A stretch of DNA of 62,410 nt, filler included. It is 9 parts of 9 records of this genome, joined end to end, with 100 filler letters (N's around TTAATTAATTAA, not from the genome) between each part and the next. Parts side by side here need not be neighbours in the genome. Positions count along the whole stretch, not along the records: positions 52,999 to 58,343 come from SRR7504441_9164; positions 58,444 to 62,410 come from SRR7504441_9178; 7 more parts are not named here. One strand, 5' to 3'. Made by a program: the position numbers and the translations under genes. Below are positions 57,063 through 62,410 of the stretch, in pieces. The notes beneath the pieces were generated by a model. It had not been told where the DNA came from and did not search any database. It was given only the letters and a program-made list of their open reading frames with translations. Every line of letters starts with the position of its first letter. The stretch's first letter is position 1.

Positions 57063-58343
57063 ATGATGCTGCCGGCCGCTGGCTCGGCCTCCAGCGCGCT
57101 GCTGCTCCGCGCGGGCCCGCCGAGCGAGCTGTCGAGCTGGAGCCGAGCGGAGCTGGAGGCCGAGGTGCACCGGACCAACCGGCTGTACGGGGTTTTCCGG
57201 GTGCTGGTGGTCAGCGACCAGGTGGCCAACCGAGAGCTGCTGCATCAGGCGGCCAACAGCACCACTCGCACCGTGCGGCTGCGCTGGGCGCACGACTCCC
57301 TGGACACGCTGCTCGGAAAGATCGTCACCGCGGCCGGGGCCAGCGCCGGACGGCTGACGAGCGTGGGCTTTCTGGACCACGGGAGAGCCAGCCAGTTTGA
57401 GCTGTTGCGGGGGGTCTCAGTGAATCTGCCCACGCTCGAGCAGTCTGAGCCCCTCCGGGAATTCTTCCGGGGCGTGGCTGCGCTGCTGCTGCCGGCACCA
57501 GCGAGTGCTGGGCTGGGGCGGCAGCCGAGCGCGCTGAGTGCCGACGGGCTGATGGGTAGAATCGACCTGCTGGCGTGCAAGCTGGCAAGCGACCGCGGCA
57601 AGCACAACCCACTGATAGAAGAGCTGGAGGCAATCACCGGGTTTAATTGCTGCGCTAGCACGGACGTGACTGGCGACGAAGCGAGCGGCGGCAACTGGGT
57701 GCTTGAAACTGATGGGGTGAATGTGGCGCCAGAGTACTTTGTGGCTGCGAGACTGGCTCATTGGCGCGGGAGTCTGATCTCGGGGGCGTGCGAAGAGCTG
57801 TGTGCGGCGATCTTCTGCATGCCGTGCTACTGTGTGCTCGAGTGCTTACTCAAGGATGGGTGCTCCTGCCTGTGCAGCTGTCTGGGCTGGTGCTGTGTTT
57901 TCTGTGAGAGGTCCGTCGCCAGTGGTGGCTGCTTGGAGGGCTGCTTTAACAGCTGCACCGAGTGCTCAGCCGGCTGCGTGAGCGGCTGCGCGGGCTGGCT
58001 TGCCGCATGCTCCCGAGGCACCTGTGCTTGTTGCACTGGATTGCTGGCCTGCTCGTGCTGCCGCCCGGCCGAAAAGCCTGCACACCAAGGCTACCACGCC
58101 CCGTCTGAACAGCAGCGGATGCAACCGCCTGGGAGCAGGGGGGCGGGTCATCACGCAATGGGCGACGTGGTTGGACAGGACGGCCGCAAGGCAGAACTGG
58201 ACAAGCTGGTGGCCGCGAGCCGAGGGAGGGAGTGCGACACCCACTGGCTGGTACCCGCTGGCAATTACACCTGGGATACGATGGCCGAGTATGCAATAGA
58301 GTGCGGCGGAAGGCTTCCGACCTGGCCCGAAGTGATTTGCCTG
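57063..58343 (+). CDS. DUF4347-like domain plus Cys-rich region, 3' truncated
   Basis: SVGFLDHG, GRIDLLAC, CASTDVTG...GGNWVLE; then a CxxC-rich tract. Confidence 0.75.
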
Positions 58344-58443
58344 NNNNNNNNNNNNNNNNNNNNNNNNNNNNNNNNNNNNNNNNNNNNTTAATTAATTAAN
58401 NNNNNNNNNNNNNNNNNNNNNNNNNNNNNNNNNNNNNNNNNNN
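58344..58443. other. Artificial contig linker
   Basis: N44-TTAATTAATTAA-N44. Confidence 0.98.
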
Positions 58444-58805
58444 TTTCATGGAACAGATGACAGCGCGATCGCCGAAGTCAACAACACAACATACATTAAC
58501 GGCGCCGGATGATCATGAACCACCGGGGTCTTGACCTTCAAAATGTTGAAATACTAATGCCGGGAAAATATTAATACGTATGCGGGAAATACCCAATTAT
58601 TTTGAGTATTTTCCGAATGGGGCTGTGGGTTTGCCTTGAAGAATCAGCAGTGTTGTTACATGTATAGTCGTGTAGTTTTGTTTCAAGTGCTCTGGTCGTC
58701 TATTTTTCAGTTGTTGAACTGAGAGCTTCACTTCAGGGCTTCACACACAGAACAACTTGAGATAACGCTTCCCGCGCTAGGTCCGCCACAGACGCGCGCG
58801 CCGTC

Positions 58806-59663
58806 ATGACGGCCAAACTCTCGCCGCCGGCCGAGGTGTTGGCCGAGTACGGCGACGACTTCTTCGACGGGATGGTGCACCCCCCGCGCCCCGACCCCCG
58901 CAACAGCCGGCAGAGCCCGGATCTGGCCGAGGCGATGCTGGAGGTGCTGCGGGAGAAGATGAGTCAGTCCAAGCTACTCCAATGCCAGGCGCCCCGGCGC
59001 CCGAGGCCTGGGCCAGCGGCGGCAGGTGTGCGGCACGCGCGAGTCGTGGTGCAGCGCCTGCTCGGCCTGCGGGCTGGTGGCCTACTGCAGGTGTGAGCTC
59101 CCTTGGAGCGCTGGCCTGATCTGGACTGCAGCAAGCAATGCCAGCGGGCCGACTGGAAGCGACACAAGCCGCAGTGCAAGAAGGCGCCACCGAGAGCTCA
59201 GAAACCGACAAAGCCGACCAAACCGGCAGCCGCCAAAGCGAACCCGCTGCAGCGGCGGATGCAGAAGAAGGCTGCGGCGGAGGCGGCGGAGGAGGCGGAG
59301 CGGCAGCGGCTGACGGCCGAGACGGAGGCCGCGGAGCAACGGAAGCGGTGGCAGGTAGCAGAGGAAGAGGCAGCACGCAAGGAGGCCGAAGCAGAGGCGG
59401 CTTTGCAGCAAAACGGAGCTTCGCAGCAGCAAGTACCGGCGGGTGCGAAGGCAAAGCTGCAGCAAGCGGCGGCTTTGCAAAAGGCAGCAAAGGCAGCCGA
59501 GGCTGCTGCAGAACAGCAGCGAGAGCGGAACGATGCTTTAATTTTAGAGCTGGAGGATGCGCACGCTCTGATGGGGTTAGCGGCACCTGAGGGTGCGCGA
59601 GCGTGGACTGAGGACCAGATTAGGGCCTATTTTGATAGTGACGGTGAGATTGTACCTCAATAG
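58806..59663 (+). CDS. MYND zinc-finger protein, 2 introns
   Basis: GC-AG intron 58989-59025 and a 41-nt GT-AG intron give CQVC...CSACGLVAYCSKQCQRADWKRHKPQC. Confidence 0.85.
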
Positions 59664-59892
59664 CACGGATGATACATGGTCGATTAATATTCTAGGTCTT
59701 GAGTAGATGTTTGAAGAGGCGTTTTACTTGATATTGTTTATTGTGATTGATTAGAATTACATGGATGAATGTACACGGCAATACTAAGACCGTCCTCTAA
59801 ATGTACTCATCATCCGGCTGACTATACAAAGCTTTGCGGCTCTCTACACTATTGGATAGTATGACCCCCTCAAAGGTGACCACTGACACGTA

Positions 59893-62187
59893 CTAGGCTC
59901 GTGCTTTAGCTTTACCGCTACCGCAGGTGTCTGCATCCTGATTGCCCACGTAGATGCCTTCACCGTAAGTCCTGTCACCTTGCCGCAAAGTCCCAAACAG
60001 CCAGTCCCACAGGATGATATTCTGACCAAAGTTGAGGTGAAAATACTTATGATGGTCATCGTGATACTTGGTGCTTGGCTGCCAGGGGAAATCCCCTTCA
60101 AAATCGATCCCACTGTGGTCGATTTGGCCATGATATGCAACATACGAAACTACCAGCAGGAATGCCATCACGTGCAGCTCAAACAGACAAAGACAGGTGA
60201 GTCCACCCAGCTGGAAGAACAGGAACTCGAACGGATGCATTGCAAAGGCCGAGAAGGCAGTCGGCGAGACGTACCTGTGGTGCCACTTATGGATATGTGG
60301 GTAGAGGAATTTGAGATGGAGGAATCTGGCGGAACGAGGGTCAGCGGCAATACAGGGGCTGTAAGGGCACCGGTGCGCACAGTACGCCCACAATTCTACC
60401 CAAAAGAAGACGAGAACGCAATCTCGCACAAACATGAGCCAGCTCTGGTCAGCGGACCAGTGGCAGCGCAGTATGGAGTCGTTGAGGTGCCTCAAAAAGA
60501 TGGCGCACCTGTCAGGCTCGCTCAACGCCATCTCTCCGAGCTCAGCACCCAACAGACCCGGCGCAGAAGGCGTTGAAGCAGCCCCACCGGACCTGCAGCA
60601 TGCACTCGGGCCTGGGGCCGAGCCGGGGCCACCTCTTCTGCGTGAAGGTTCTCCGGGAGCTCGCGAGTGGGCTGGCACTTCCATTCGTGAGGCTTGTCGC
60701 CTCGAAGCTGATTAAATCTGGCACCAACAGTGAGGCGGAGCCCGGACTGCCCGCCCACTGGTGCTCCAGATGCCATGCGCCTAGGTAGTATAGCCCTGCC
60801 GACGATAAGCCGGCGCTTACAATCCCCGCGAGAGACATAGACTTAGACTCCCAGAAAGGATGCACGTCCGCCAGCACACCCAGCTTGTGAGCCAGCAGCG
60901 TGGCCCACCACAGCAAGTACCCTGCCGGCCGTGAGCTGAGTGACAGAGCCGGGCGCACCGCTGGCGGCGACTGAGCTGGCGGCCAACAGGATGATAGAGT
61001 TCAGAGTCTTGGAGCTGCTCGAGACCCTCATGAGACTCTCACCTGGCGGGCGCACCGGGACGACTTGACTTTGCCATTCCGGTACCAGAAGTAGGTGCTC
61101 GCCTCGGGGTACAGCCGCTTCATCGCCAATTTAAGGAAATAGTCCAGACCCTCCTTGGCCACAAAGATCGGCTCTGGAACCGCACCGAGCGCCGGTGAAG
61201 GAGCGGAGACTAGCTCGGGTGCCTTGCCAGTGGCGGCTTTGGGCTCAAAGGTGAGGATCGAGGCGATCATGACCATCTCGGCGGTCAGCCCACAGGCGGC
61301 AGCCGACTTTGTGGCGCTCTGGAACAGCTGAGGCAGCCAGCAGAGCTGTAGCGTGCACAGCAACTCGTGTAACATCAGCACCTGTGCGACCGCCTCGTGT
61401 CCGCGGGCGGGGCCAGCGCACCAGGCAGAGCCCGAAGCAGAGCCAGGCCACCGACTGGCAAGAGACGAACTTGGCGCCGCCCGAAAATGGCTGGAAGAAC
61501 GCCCATCCGTTGGCTGCGCAGAGTCAGGGATCGGGTGCGAGCGCGCGCACCTCGGCCGCCATTGAGAAGCTGCCCGCCGACGCCGTAGGTGACCATGATC
61601 GACAGGATGCACCCGATCGCCATGATGACCACCGCGTGCCCTTGGTGGGCCGAATTGGAATAGGCTGCGAGGCACGCAGTGGCGCCCAGCAAACCGACCG
61701 AGGCGCAATACACCCAGAGTAAGGCTCTGGGCGGAGAGGAGCGCCGGTCGAGCAGCATGGCCGACAGGATCGCCACTTGGCCGCATTGGAGCAGCTGGGC
61801 GATCGTGCTCAGGCTGAGCTCAGCCTGGCTGTAGACGAAGTCGGGAATCAATCGAAACCAGAATCCGAGCGCAAACAGCAGGAAATTGCACCCCACTGCC
61901 CAGGTGCCGGTCAGGCGTGCCGGGGGCGGGGGGTGGACCGCTGTACAGCAGGCACGACTCCCATCCAGCTCTGAGCATGAACTGCACCAGAGAGCTGGGC
62001 GAGTGGAGCCGAGCCACGAATTGGGCCCAGAGCTTGGCGTACGAGGCGAACATGCTCGGGATCGCACAGAGGAAGACAAAGTTGCCCAGCAAGGTCACCG
62101 GCAAAACCGCCGCCACCACCTGCGCACGCCCGGGTGAGTACGCGGCGCTGTCTGATGTGTACAGAATAACTGATGGACTGCCACCAT
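59893..62187 (-). CDS. Multi-pass membrane domain fused to a fatty-acid hydroxylase / sterol desaturase domain, about 9 introns
   Basis: Eight 37-45-nt GT-AG introns give one frame from the WAFFQPFSGGAKFV region to His boxes HRFLH, HKWHH and HDDHH. The first exon (ATG 62187, 65-nt intron) is uncertain. Confidence 0.75.
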
Positions 62188-62410
62188 TTTTTTTTGTGGC
62201 GCTGAGATCACGCTCCGGTCAAGGCTCCGGAATCATCGAATCAACGGTCAGGAGCCCTCGAGACATTCCTGGTTTTTGGCGGGTACACATTCGGTACTCC
62301 ATGCAAGGCCTTGGTCTCCCCACCCTCTTCCACCCGGCGGTGACCGGGATGCCCGAACCGCCACGCTCTCGCGACCGGCAGTGATCGCGGAGGAGGACAA
62401 ACGCGTGACC

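Overview
Eukaryotic nuclear DNA from a gene-dense, GC-rich flagellated protist; the taxon cannot be assigned from sequence alone. The window is nine separate contig pieces joined by artificial 100-nt linkers (N44-TTAATTAATTAA-N44), so neighbourhoods across linkers are meaningless. I resolved about 37 protein-coding genes and about 66 spliceosomal introns by hand. Most introns are 35-47 nt, GC-rich and lack a polypyrimidine tract, and about 12% are GC-AG. The ORF track misses or fragments many real genes. Main observations: (1) a TIP41-like gene whose 3' half is inverted relative to its 5' half, with phase-compatible dangling splice sites and a 7-10 bp inverted repeat at the ends; (2) on the same contig, a dynein heavy chain whose 3' part is ordered fragments with deletions and one inversion (biology or chimera); (3) several over-long introns contain hairpins (GAAA or UUCG loops) that restore an effective length of 39-43 nt; (4) a YAACGG motif in nearly every very short bidirectional promoter, and about 16 copies in one kinase gene; (5) a hidden, strongly codon-biased GYP/coiled-coil/GYP protein, a secreted protein with two cytolysin-D4-like domains, and a bacterial-type TMA monooxygenase. 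I found no rRNA, tRNA, CRISPR array or transposase. All protein family calls come from motif recognition, not database searches.
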